Source: Vitrella brassicaformis CCMP3155
Taxonomy: Eukaryota; Protista; Chromerida
Assembly (NCBI GenBank): GCA_001179505.1
Contig: CDMY01000262.1
Location: 1-64,000, forward strand
DNA length: 64,000 bases
Direction: 5' to 3'
How positions within the stretch are numbered: position 1 is the stretch's first letter; each line of letters begins with the position of its first letter. Below are positions 23,401-36,300 of this stretch, piece after piece. The position numbers and the translations under genes are program-made. A model generated the notes under the pieces. That model saw nothing but the letters and a program-made list of their open reading frames with translations. It searched no databases and had not been told where the DNA came from.

Positions 23401-25182
23401 AGCAGTGCTCGCACAGCCAAACACGCATATGCACGGTCAGAAAGGAGCAGGGGGAAGAGCAGGAACGGCCCATCGATCCGCAATCTGCCCCCGTGTGTGT
23501 GTGTCCAGGTCGAGAATGGTTTAGGTCTGACTGAGTGCATCCACGGCTTCTGGGTCCCAGGATGCCGCGTGCGATCCTGTCTACCGGGGTAAGAACGACC
23601 CACAAACGCCCCTGCATTGGTAACTGCCTGAATGTCTCTGTTGGTGCTGTATGTGTGCAGGTACACAGTGAGTGACAGCCAATGGGCTTCGCAGCAGCCA
23701 CCAGAGGGGTCACACGGCGGATCGTCGCCGGTCGTCAACTGGTCCAGCCTGCCCTTCCTGGACTTCGCTGCCAATGCACAGCCGCCCCCGCCCCCGGCCG
23801 GCAATGACGAGAGCACAAGCGGTTCGGCAGACTTCCCTCTACCAGCAAAGAAAGAGGTGAGCTCGAGGGGACCACTTTAACACTCGGCGGTTCATTGTGC
23901 TTTGTGGTGTTTTGTTTTGTTTTGTTTTGGGCGCGTGTGTGTCAGGTGGCCTGTGTGCCGTGCACGGCGGGTACTTACAAGCACCACTACGGCATCCAGG
24001 GCTGCATGCCGTGTGGCTTCATCCCGCCACACGCCATCTACACCGAAACGGCCGTCCAGGCGGCTCCATGCCCAACCGCATGTGACGCAGGTCGGCACAA
24101 AGACCAACAGCACAGCAGCACAGAAGTCGGAGATGTCATTCTACGTTCCACGTGTGTCGTCAGGTTATTACCGCACTCGATCTGGCCACTGCCGTGCGTG
24201 TCCGGCGGGCACATACAAGGACACGGTGTCCGACTCGCCGTGCAAGAGGTGTGCCAACGCCAACGGGCCCCTGTGGATTCCCTCACACGCAACGGCAATC
24301 ACCACACCGCAGTGCCCCGTCGATTGCCTTACTGGGTAAGGGAGAGAGAGGCACCCTCACAAGCACAGCACGTGGTCCTCGCACAGCGGCCCTTTTTGTG
24401 TGTGCAGGTATGAGCTGGTGCAGGACGGCGGTGTCGACCGCTGTGTGATGAATCCGTTGTGGTTCTTCCTGTGGGTCGCCGGCTGTCTCGCGGCCCTTCT
24501 CAGCGTCACCTCCCTCGTCAGGTGGATGTTCGTCAAGTGCCGCGCAGCACGCAGCCGGGCATTGGCGGCTCGGCGGGTGTCAGGGTCCTCGCAACAGACC
24601 AGGACGGGCCTCGCCAGCGCCAAGCAAGACCTCGAGAAGGACTTCACACGCGGATACGCCATTCCCCAGCGAAGCAACTTCCGCAATAGAGTCGAGAGTT
24701 GCCTGTCGACGTGCCTCAAGCGCAGCGCCCGGTGCTGCTTCCCTGGAGGCAAGTACCGCCACGGCAAGTCGTCCAGGCGGTCGGCACAGCACTTCATTGA
24801 GGAGGGGAGATCAAGCCTACTCGTGCGCAAGCCCAGCAAGGACATGCACGCGGCCCCTGACGGCAGCTATGGTGTCTTCCTGCCGATGTCGCACCAGCAC
24901 ACGAAGGGCCCCATCCCCTCTGGGGATGGTCCATCTGACGCGTCAGCCCCTGCCCCACACAGCACACCTACCACTGCCGCACCTGAGGCCCCCAAGCCAG
25001 CACGTGACAGCAACGGCGATGGCCGCGATGAGCCCAAGACGCCGAGGCAAAAGTCGCTGCAGGTGAGGGGCAGCGGTTATGTCGGTGTGGCGACGGCATC
25101 GAGTGCACACCTGCACGGCTATGGCGAGAAGGACCGAGCCAGGTCGTCACGTTCAAGGATCTTTTCGGGGCGAATCAGCTGA
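20470..25182 (+). CDS. LCAT-family (plant LCAT3/4-like) phospholipase fused to Cys-rich repeats, a TM helix and a cytoplasmic tail
   Basis: Signal-like N-term; RPVILIPGLCGSVL, QVWARMTSADQ, LFGFPFDWRQS, nucleophile VTHSMGG, GDETVP (Asp), GHQDVL (His). Introns from 20796-20867 and from 22734 to 24407 were checked for phase and keep one frame through CTVENG...SCLPGY, CVPCTAGTYK, CRACPAGTYK, then TM PLWFFLWVAGCLAALLSVTSLV. Confidence 0.8.
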
Positions 25183-25721
25183 CGTTGCTCTTTTGCCATT
25201 TTTGAATAGAATACATGACATGGACCGGACCGGTGTCTGCCGCTGCTGCCGGATGGGATCGAGTCAGGATCGGTTGAGCTTTTTTGCGCTTCTCTTTTTG
25301 CGCACGCGTTTTGGCCTTTTGCATGCATCGACCAACCAAACCGACCCAAAGCTGTACAGCCCTCAGCTACTTGGTGGGTGTGGTATGGTGTACATACGCA
25401 GACGTGGCGTACAGACATGCATTGGTACGCCATGCATGCGGTGATGCTGGGTTCCTGCTGATGCGTTCGTGTGTGGTGTGTGTGTTTGTGTGTGTGTGTG
25501 CTCGCTTTATCGACATGTGGGTGCCTTTGGCGTGTGTGGGACTGACTGCAGGACATTTGCGTTGTCGTCGTTTCATCAACACGAAGAAAGGCTCATTCAA
25601 TGTCGGCCGTCCTCCTATGCAATGAGTAGACCCCCACTGGCAGACTAGCAATAGAGATATCGACACGCAGGCACCCACATCAACACAATCAAAACTGTCC
25701 ATCCCCACACACCCAGCCCCC

Positions 25722-27203
25722 TCAGAAGATCTCCACGTCCACCCTATACACCTCGTCAGCCCCCGCAGTGCTCCTCAGAATCTCCCGCACACACTCCACC
25801 TCCCTATCAGCCTCGCTGCCAGCCTCCAACACACCCGCACCAGGCGAACCAGCCAGCACCAGCAGCACACACGTCTGTCGGTGCACCCTCTCCTTGGCTA
25901 CCACCTCCCACGCACACGGCACGATGCCGTTGGCGACGTCCTCTCCCTCGACGGCACTGAGGCAGCTGGTGGCGTCGACGGCCTTGAGCTGCCGACCCAT
26001 GCTGCCCTTGAGCGACTCCTGCGCCTTGCGCGGGCTGCCGGCCTCTAGATACTCGTGACGCGTCATCCACCCCCGCAGCCGGCTGTGGGCGTTGGACAGG
26101 GAATCGCATGAGGTGCTCTCAGGCGTCTCCCGAGCAGGGGTGTCCTCATCGCTGGCTGGTGAGAGCGGCGGGAGTGTGAGCAGTGAGCACGGTTCGGTGA
26201 TGTCCATCTCAAGCAGCGTGTCGAGCGGCACCCGGTAGTGCTTGGCGTGAGGGCCGTGAGGCAGGGGATTGTCTTCGGGCTCCGATGATGGGCCGCCGCT
26301 GTTGTCTGATGGACGTGACAGCGGGATGGGACTCACAGGGCTCTCTGGTGGAGCGTCGGTGACGGGGAGGGAGAGGTTTGCCTCGCGCCACTCGCAGTTC
26401 TTGAGGCCCCTCGACGGTGGATCGAAGACGCCCACGTAGGCAAACAGATGCCGCAGGAATGCGCTGTGGCTGACCACCACCACCACAGGGTCCTCTCCCG
26501 CCGCATCCTTCTCGTCTAGCAGCCGCTCGAGCGTCTCGAGGAACTTACCGCACCGCCGCTCCACATCAGCACGCTTCTCGCGAGGGGCTGATGGGCCCAG
26601 CGGATCCTCCTCGTCGTCTCCAATTACGCGGAACCCGCCATCAAATAGCCCTTCGTACTTGGCCTTGAAGTCGCTGAGCCGCATGCGACCGTCACACACG
26701 TGGGCACCGCCCCACTCCCGCAGATGCTCGATTGCTGTAACGCTCTTGAGTGCCGGCATGGCGTGCCGGGCCGTCTCGACGGTGCGGCTGAGGGTGGACG
26801 TGAGCACCAGCAGGGGACGGGATGCAGAAGAGCCGTTGAGTGCCTCGCGGACGGCTGCGGGCATGTGTGTGCTGGCGTTCTTGGACTGCTCGATCCCCTT
26901 GTCGGTCAGCATGGCGTCGAAGTGAGAGGGATCTCGAAACACAGACTCGCGAGACTCACCCTGAATGCGCACATGCATCACCACGTCAAATCAATGAATG
27001 TACTCCCTGCTCCGCATGCTCACCGGCTTTCGTCGTTTGGCTGCCAGGTTGTGGGTCCCTTCTGCATGGCGAAGGAAGTACACCGTCACTGGACGGGAAC
27101 GGGTCGACTGCTGCATCTCCACTGACCCTCCCTCAGTGTCAGGGAGCAGCGTGATGAGGCAAAGAGCAGCGCAGCTGAAAATCCGTACCAGCTGAAGAGT
27201 CAT
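25722..27203 (-). CDS. Histidine phosphatase / phosphoglycerate-mutase-like protein with hydrophobic N-terminal leader
   Basis: Exon 1 MTLQLVRIFSCAALCLITLL...VYFLRHAEGTHN...KP|GTGAGC, exon 2 GESRE...LTDKGIEQ...STLSRTVETA...LRE...VVVVSHSAFL; these are the RHxE, LT..G, S.L.RT..TA and SH motifs of branch-1 His phosphatases. Confidence 0.85.
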
Positions 27204-27353
27204 CAACACACTGCTGCGCTGCGCAACCCCAGACGTTACCGGGGGGTTACATTCAGTGCATCGGCAATCTTAGCGCGCAGTGCGGGAGAGATCGGAGCGA
27301 CAGGAGGCTCTCTCGTGTGGCAGATCCGCACTGAGCTGAGTGCCTTCATACCG

Positions 27354-30300
27354 ATGATCCGTCCCTATCATATTCTTTTTCTGTCACTCCTCTCGTCAAG
27401 CGCCATTGGTGAAGTGCTCCGTCTTGGTTTTGCCCTTGGACGCCCCCTGGAGCAACGAGCTGCGTCTGTCCGCGACTCTTCCTTTCCCTATCGTGAGCCT
27501 GATGGCGATGATGAGGATGATCCGTACTATCGATCCCTCCCTGAAGCTTGGAAGAACCGGAGGCTTTCTATCGGCCGCCGCATCGGCATCTGCAGGTCGC
27601 CGGTGACAGCTGGATTTCAACTCGATCCCGCAATGTGATGTACGCCTACGAGGAATGGTTCGATGGCAGCCCCGATGGTTCGTCGAGGACACTGAAATCT
27701 ATCATCCGGTCCAAGATCCAGCTGTTCAAGAGGTATCCACTCATGGACGACAGGATGGCTCCACCCGAGAATATAGAGCTGGTCGGCGAGGGCTGCGAGG
27801 TGTGCGACGAGGACGCAAAGGGACCTCTCAGGACCTTCATCAAGAGCATGAACATCACGGCTCGCGACGTGCCCGCTCAATTCCCCGTTTGTGAGCTCCC
27901 TTTCATGCTCTGCATACGATCGGTTCGGCTAGGTGTGCGAAGACCCGAACATCGCCTGACGGGCTTGCCTGATCTTATTGAGGGATACTTCGTGATCATC
28001 GACCCGGTGTACCAGACGCAGCTGACGTTCCCCCCTGGTGGCTCACCATTGAACGAGTCCTTATACCAGCTGAAAGGCCTCCTGGGCGTCGTCCTGATGA
28101 ATGCGCCGATCGAAGGCACACTCTCCGAGGAGATCGGCAATCTCGACGGCTGGAGTTGCTTACAAATATCAAGTGGGGAACGGATTTGTAGGGGCGGTCT
28201 TCGCGTACTGAACATCGACCGGTGTCCCAATATCAGCGGCCCCCTTCCCAGCGCCATAGCGTCGTTGAAGCGCCTCCGCGGCATCTACATCGACAAGACC
28301 CCGATCAATGGCACCCTGCCGCCCTCCTTTCACCAGCTCTTCAACACGTCACTGGAGTCCCTCAGCCTGATAAACACCGACCTCGATTTCACAATGCAGT
28401 CGCTCTTCAACCACAGCCCTACTGGTCCCCCTCCCCCGTGCAGAACGTTGCGCGTCTTGAGGCTCGCCGGCGATAACATCACGGGCCGCCTGACTGGGTC
28501 CTTTGATCACTGCCGGGAGCTCGAGGAAGTGGATATCAGGAACTCTCGCGTTGACGGCCCGCTCCCCGCTCTCAATTTGCAGAAGCACCTCACTGTCTTC
28601 CGACTTCAAGAGTGCAGAGACATCACGGGGGTCATCCCTCCATCCTACGGCAACAACACGAAACTGGAAGAGTTTGAGATCGTCAACTTACCGGTCAGAC
28701 AGACAGCAATTATCGATTCACTCGGGCGCCCCTGGTGCATTCATTCCTTTTTGATCGTGTGTTGCTGTTTCCGTCAGGTATCTGGCCCGATTCCCGACTC
28801 TTTCAACCATCTGAAGTCGCTGAGGCAGCTCATATTTCGCAAGACCAAGCTATCCAAGCTGCCTGCCACTCTCGAGGCCCTGCAGAACCTGCACACGCTC
28901 GAGCTGGAGAGCAATACGTTCACAGGGCTCATTCCCGCATGGATCAGCAAGCTGAGCGGCCTGCACAAGCTGCGGCTGGGAGGGAACGACTTCATGGACT
29001 GGGAAGGCGCCACGTGGAAGATCCCACCTGCGTAAGCACTTGTCTGAGGAGATGCGACACCGATGGCTGGCTGGAATCGGCTTGTTCTGTGCTTCATTTC
29101 AGGCTTGAGCATCTTGACGCATCCAGGAACAAGCTGCCGCGGATCCCGCCAAATTGGAGAAGGATCGAGACAGGTACTCCATTAGGGCAGGAAGGGATGG
29201 GGGAACTGTGAATGTGTGAGCAGTTCGGCGGCTGTTCTTGAGTGGCAATCGAATCAAGAGAATCGGCTCGGGATGGGGAATACACGACCCTGGACTTCAC
29301 ACATGGAGAATACACGACCCTGGACTTCACGCACTTGCCAGTGAGGGAGAGGAGTACGGTGCCACAGAACCAAAGCGACCCGTCAACTTGTCTGTCTATC
29401 TGTCTGTGTCTTCAGGACCCTTTCCATCAGCCCGCATCCTTGCCCAAATCCTCAAGGTAGGTACATTCACACCACGTGCAGACTGACATGAGACGCTCGC
29501 TGCGTATGTGTCGGTGCTGCAGAATCCCCCGCCCTACTGGCCAACCACCCGCTATCTTTCGCTTGGCGGCAACCAGATGAACATGACGGCCGATCAGTTC
29601 CTGATGCCCTGGAAATACAACGACAACATGCATGAAATCTTCGGCGACAACAACTCTCTGCATGGCGCCCTCACGGCTGACGGGGTGGCCGCGATCGATA
29701 TGGAGGAGGTTCTGCGGACGCGGCTACTCGACACGCCACCATTCCGGCGGTACAAGAAGTCATTCATGGCTGCCTATCGGCTGCAGGAGAACGCCACGAG
29801 CATGAGCATGGTGGATCCGAATGCGAGTGACGAGCATGTGGAGGTTGACGATTTCGACCCTGACAAACATGTGGTGGATGTGGAGACTCTTCCCGAAATA
29901 TTGACTCTGGATTACCTCATGAGAGCCCTCAACCTCACCACCAGCCTGCGCGTCAAGAAAGGCTTCAATCAGCTGCAGCTTCTCAACCTCGAGAAGAATT
30001 CTATACAGGAGATCAGGGACGGAGTGTAAGTAAGCAGCACAGACGAGAGCCGCGGCGAGATGCAGGACTGATATATGTCGCCATCCCTGTCCCTGGCTGG
30101 CTCTCTGTGTCTTCTGCATAGGCGTGTGATCCCCGCGTCCTTGGTGTCTCTGCACATGGCCAATAACAGTCTGCGTTCGATCCACATGTCTGTTGACAGA
30201 CCGCTCGGCCACGTCGATTTACGCAACAATTTGCTACGAAGCATTGATACCGATTCTAGGTTCTTTTCATCCGACTACGTAAGGTTAACAGAGAACTCGG

Positions 30301-33300
30301 ACCTAAGATTTCAGCATACGAACGAAATGTGTATCAGCTTGAGACCCATCAAGGTGAGAAAGGGCTAGGATGAGCACTTACCTATGTGTTGGTGGCCGTG
30401 GTGATTTATGTGTGTATCTCTGAGGGTGTGTATGTCTGTGTCTTTCAGAAATGTCAGGATGTGCGTCGGGAGGCAATGAATCAGACTAACTTGAGTTATT
30501 GCCCCGACACTTCCTCATATGAGGAGTTTGGCATGCCGCCACTGGTGGCCGACCCACAAGGTGGACAACACATCATATCACACAAGGCATCCAGCGTTTT
30601 TGCCTGATTCTAGCGTTGGTGCAGGATATTCAGCGCGTATAGTGGGCAAGGGTGAGAAGCGCTTTGAGTGCACGGAGTTCTGCGCTGTACCCAGTCGAAT
30701 TGAGGTGAATTTCATCTAGTTAAACGCCCAGGACAGGAACAAATATGATATGCTCCCCTGGTCTGACAGGTCGACTACACCTTTGCCCCAGATGTCCTTT
30801 GTCGCTGCCTGCCCGGCTATGCGGGCACCGGCATCAACTGCACCAAGTGCCCCCCTGGCACATACAGCAACAGACGAGACGGCACACAAACGTGCAGACA
30901 ATGCCCCGATGATGCAGGTCAGAGACGAACAAACACATTACAATAGCCCTTGGGACTTACATTGGTACACACAGGTTCTGACGAGGGCTCAAAGGAGTGC
31001 TATTGCCGTCTTGGCCACCAGCGCGGCGAGGAGCCGTGCGAGCCGTGTACGGCTGGGTCTATCGGCGTGCGCAAAGGCGGCGCTGATGGAAGTCGCAGCG
31101 CGTGGACCTGCCGAGACTGCTTGCCTGGGTTGAACTGCTCGGTCCCCATCAACTACAATGCGAGTGTGCTGCCGGGCTTCTTCCAGCTCACTGTGAAGCT
31201 ACAGTCGGATCGCCCGTCTCACAACACCACAAGAGAAGTGACAACGTAAGATCTACACGCCAAAACGTATGAGGGAGTGTGCATGTTTTGGCGTGTTTTA
31301 GATATGGCGCTGGGTTGACTTCGTTGCCGATAGTGATGTCGTGTCCATTGCCGTCGGCCTGCAAAGGCACTAACAAGACAGACGGGCTGAACATATGCTC
31401 GGTAACAGCCAACTGCATCATTCTGAAAGTCGCTTTTTTTACCTTCCTCGCCTTGTCTCTGTGTAGGAAGGGCATGAGGGTTTTGTGTGCTCTCGGTGCA
31501 AGGCCGGCTTCCCGCGTCAGACGCCCCAGCAGCCGTGCGCCCCATGTACCCCACTATGGCAGATTGTGCTTATTAACGTGTTGCTTGTTCTCGCCACTCT
31601 GATGGCCATCTTCATACTCACGGCGCTTGCTGAAAGGTCCATCTCTCACGCAAAGCTTCAATTCGATCGATCTTCGTGCGGGTGTGTGTCAGGGCTTCGT
31701 CGTCCCCGCGCGCTGAGGTGCCGTCTCAGCTGATCAAAATCGGCCTCTCACACATCACCGCTGTACGCAATGGCGGATAAAAGAGAACTCATGCACCCAC
31801 CTTCCATCACCTGTATATGATGTTGCCGTATGTGTGTGTGCTCAGGTATGTGGTTTGGCCTTTCTCGTATTCGACGAGTCCATCTTGGGCGACCAGATAT
31901 CCTCACTGATCGGCAGCTTCTTCGCCTGGACCGGCGGGGTTCCTCAAAGCTACCAGATATGGGAATGTCTACTGAAGCCATATGTGGGCGACAAGTGCGT
32001 TCTGTACCGCAATGCCGTGTGGTTGGCTTTGCCACTCGTCTGGCTCACTGCTGTGCCTATCATTGGTAACCACGAACACACTCCAGGGGGCGATGCATGT
32101 GATCATTTGTGGCTCCTGTCGTGGCTGCAGCGAGCGGGTTTGACCGAGTGCGTGATGCCTTCAAGTCAAGACGGCGCGTTGGCAGCAACAAACAAGCCTC
32201 ACTCGCCACCGACACAAACATTCGGGCCCTCTCAGCACCGCCATCCGTCGCCAACGGCAAGGCAGACACACCTGCCGCTCAATGCCCTCGCCAGCGGTCA
32301 GTCACATTTCAGGAGGACTTTCGACCCGAGTCAGTGACGCCACCCTCCTGCCAGCATTCCCTAACGGAGGCCCACAAGAGCGGCCGATGGCGGCAATGGC
32401 TGGATAACCGGGGGACCATAATGGTCGTCATCCTCACGTTTATCCATCCCACCGTGACCAAGAGCATGCTGGCCCTCCTGCGCTGCCGGCCTTTCCCCTA
32501 TGTGGGTTCCCCTATCCCTATTGCCTCAGGCGAGAGTGTCAGCCTGCTGCCGACCGACCCGATGCATGACATGCGGCCGAGAATGGACCTCGATTCCCAT
32601 GTTCTGTGTGGATCTGCCGAGCATGCCCCGTTCTTGTGGGTTGCTGTGGCTGGCCTGTTATTGTGGACGCTCGCACCAGTGGTGTGTGGCGTGGCGTTTC
32701 TGTGGCGGCACAGAGACCGCCTGCAGGACTATCACACGCGTAGAAGGGTGGGCTTCATGTATGCGGCATATCGCAAGAACTTCTACTATTGGGATTTTGT
32801 GCTGGTCATGAGGCGTGTACTTGTGCTGTTGATAGCACAACAAGCGACGGCGCAGCCCCGCCAGCAGCTGCTCGGCTGGACTGTGGTCGCCAGTGTGTGC
32901 CTGGCGCTGCAATTCGCTGTTTGGCCCTTCGATCGTGGCAACATGGACATCCTCAATCGATCTGAGCTGCGTGGGCTGCTGGTATGGTTCGTGTCGCTGC
33001 TCGTCATGCAGTTCGTTGTCATGCTGCCCGAGGGGACCTCTCTGGTGCTGCCGATCGGCCTCGTGCTGGTTGTCATTCTTGCCAATCTGGCGCATTATAT
33101 TCTGCTGGCCGCGCAGATATGTCGGTATGGCCTGCTGCAAGTCGGCTACAGATACACGGCCCTCACCGACCGCGAAAAGGCTATCGGTAGGCAACGGAAG
33201 AGCATCCAATCAGCACGCTCGATTCCATCTGGCTGCTTGTGTCCCCTCAGCCCGCGTGATGTCCGGTCGTGTCACGGGCCCTCTTTTGTCGTGGCTCATC

Positions 33301-36300
33301 AACAAAGAGGAGGAGAAACGGCGCATCTCACCGAAGGTCTTCTATGACTGGTCCAGTGCTGCCCTCTCTGCCGACGGTCCCCCCGCTGCATCAGGGGTTT
33401 GCCATCCGTCTTTCGGGTGGCCAGTACATCGTGCGGTGACAGCCATGCAGCTGACGTCAGCCGCCATGCAGGACGCCACCGAGAGACTCAAACTCACACA
33501 CGTCCCCAGCGACTTGTAAGCATACCAACACGCGCCGCGATGTCTTCTGCTGTCTGTGTGTNNNNNNNNNNNNNNNNNNNNNNNNNNNNNNNNNNNNNNN
33601 NNNNNNNNNNNNNNNNNNNNNNNNNNNNNNNNNNNNNNNNNNNNNNNNNNNNNNNNNNNNNNNNNNNNNNNNNNNNNNNNNNNNNNNNNNNNNNNNNNNN
33701 NNNNNNNNNNNNNNNNNNNNNNNNNNNNNNNNNNNNNNNNNNNNNNNNNNNNNNNNNNNNNNNNNNNNNNNNNNNNNNNNNNNNNNNNNNNNNNNNNNNN
33801 NNNNNNNNNNNNNNNNNNNNNNNNNNNNNNNNNNNNNNNNNNNNNNNNNNNNNNNNNNNNNTTCGTCATTGTCAGCCGCTGGGAATGGTCGTTTTCGCGT
33901 GGTTGCTATATTGTATTATTGGCTGGATGGGATTCTGCTCATTCGCTGCCTGTCTCGCGGCGCTTAAGCTAGGTCATACACAACACTCCCCCCTCCGCCC
34001 TGTTGTCTCCGTGCGCTCTTGGTCTGCATATGTTGCATCAGGCTCTTGCTGGTTGCTGTGTCCCTCGGCGAGCTTTCCGTGGTGGTCGCTTACTCGCAGC
34101 CTTGTATTTTGGCTGCTTATTCCCCTCCTCTTTCCACCACAGGCCGCCATGCTGCTGTTTCTCGTATACTTCTTACTGAGTCTTTTCTCTGCCGTGCTGT
34201 TCGTCATTATGCGGGCGTGCCTGTACCTACTTTACTGCCCGCCTCGCTTATATCCCCTCTACTCCCTTCCTCCCCGCCCCCCTGCTCGCAGATGGCAGCG
34301 ATGGCGCCCACCCAGTGACTTGCATCGGTTGCATGCCATTCAATGGCTCATGCACTGCTCTCGCATCTACTGGCTGCCCTTTTGGCAGCTTCATCATGTG
34401 GCAGTGCGTGTACGTCTAGCATCCATGCTACTGAGTGGGCGGGTCTCTGTTTTCGTATTCTGTGTCGCGGTGTGGGTGGTTGCAGCGTTTCGTGTGCATG
34501 GCGCGTGCTGGGATGGGAGGGGCAGTCAGTCGAAGGGGACGGGGATGGGTGCGTTTCGTGTGCATGGCGCGTGCTGGGATGGGAGGGGCAGGCAGTCGAA
34601 GGGGACGTGGATGGGTGCGTTTCATGCGTATGTAGGGGGGGAGAGGGGCACAAATTGGACTGACTCGTTGCATCTTCAGCGCATGGCGGCACCAGGGGGC
34701 ATGCCTCGCGTCTCCTCCGATGAGGGGGGAGGCATGCAGCCTGGGTCGCTCTCCTCATGCGTGCTGGAGGCACGATCAGCTCATCGTACAGGTACAAGCT
34801 ATGGTTCATTACATGTGGGCGGGGCGTCTGATCCATTCCTGCTGCGTGCGGTGTTGTGTGGTGGGCGGGGGATGGGCAAGTGGTGTGCCCGTGTATTTTT
34901 GCATATGGCTGACTGGCTAGCAGCACGCGGGGGGAAAGGAAGAGCCAGGGGCAGGGGGCGGGCGAGAGGCAGACCCATTCATAGACAGGCAGTGCCCACC
35001 AGGAGCGGCCCAGCAGGCGCACGGCGCTCCTCTGGCGTGGGACGCGGCTGCCCCAGCCGTCGGCCCCGCCCATCCATGCATGGATGCATTGCGTCGATCG
35101 CCATGACGCCGGCCAGCTCTTCGCTGCCGGCCTTCACGTTTCTGTGTTTGAATATCCAGGACTTAGCGGCGAAGTTCCGTGCATATGGTGATTTGCTGGA
35201 TGATTTGTGTATGTGGGATGGTTGCAAACGCGTTCGTTATGACTTTCTCGCCTTTATTGAGACGAAACAGGACGAGGATGACCCGCCTGTGGCTCTCACT
35301 GGCTATACTTGCTGGTCTTCGCCACGTGCCTCCTTGTACAGTAGTTCGGCGAACAAACAAGTCAAGTCGGGCGGGGTCGCGTGGTACACGAGTACGCGTG
35401 TCACTCACCTGCTCACGCGTCGAGAGNNNNNNNNNNNNNNNNNNNNNNNNNNNNNNNNNNNNNNNNNNNNNNNNNNNNNNNNNNNNNNNNNNNNNNNNNN
35501 NNNNNNNNNNNNNNNNNNNNNNNNNNNNNNNNNNNNNNNNNNNNNNNNNNNNNNNNNNNNNNNNNNNNNNNNNNNNNNNNNNNNNNNNNNNNNNNNNNNN
35601 NNNNNNNNNNNNNNNNNNNNNNNNNNNNNNNNNNNNNNNNNNNNNNNNNNNNNNNNNNNNNNNNNNNNNNNNNNNNNNNNNNNNNNNNNNNNNNNNNNNN
35701 NNNNNNNNNNNNNNNNNNNNNNNNNNTGCCTGGCGCTGCAATTCGCTGTTTGGCCCTTCGATCGTGGCAACATGGACATCCTCAATCGATCTGAGCTGCG
35801 TGGGCTGCTGGTATGGTTCGTGTCGCTGCTCGTCATGCAGTTCGTTGTCATGCTGCCCGAGGGGACCTCTCTGGTGCTGCCGATCGGCCTCGTGCTGGTT
35901 GTCATTCTTGCCAATCTGGCGCATTATATTCTGCTGGCCGCGCAGATATGTCGGTATGGCCTGCTGCAAGTCGGCTACAGATACACGGCCCTCACCGACC
36001 GCGAAAAGGCTATCGGTAGGCAACGGAAGAGCATCCAATCAGCACGCTCGATTCCATCTGGCTGCTTGTGTCCCCTCAGCCCGCGTGATGTCCGGTCGTG
36101 TCACGGGCCCTCTTTTGTCGTGGCTCATCAACAAAGAGGAGGAGAAACGGCGCATCTCACCGAAGGTCTTCTATGACTGGTCCAGTGCTGCCCTCTCTGC
36201 CGACGGTCCCCCCGCTGCATCAGGGGTTTGCCATCCGTCTTTCGGGTGGCCAGTACATCGTGCGGTGACAGCCATGCAGCTGACGTCAGCCGCCATGCAG

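Noticed and set aside
29276-34627. Short direct repeats (30 bp and 66 bp units) as CRISPR-like arrays
   Set aside because: Only 2-3 adjacent units with no spacers, in-frame within coding sequence, eukaryotic context, no cas genes.
33399-36176. 925-aa ORF fusing receptor, LINE and TM sequence
   Set aside because: Artefact of translating through two N gaps.
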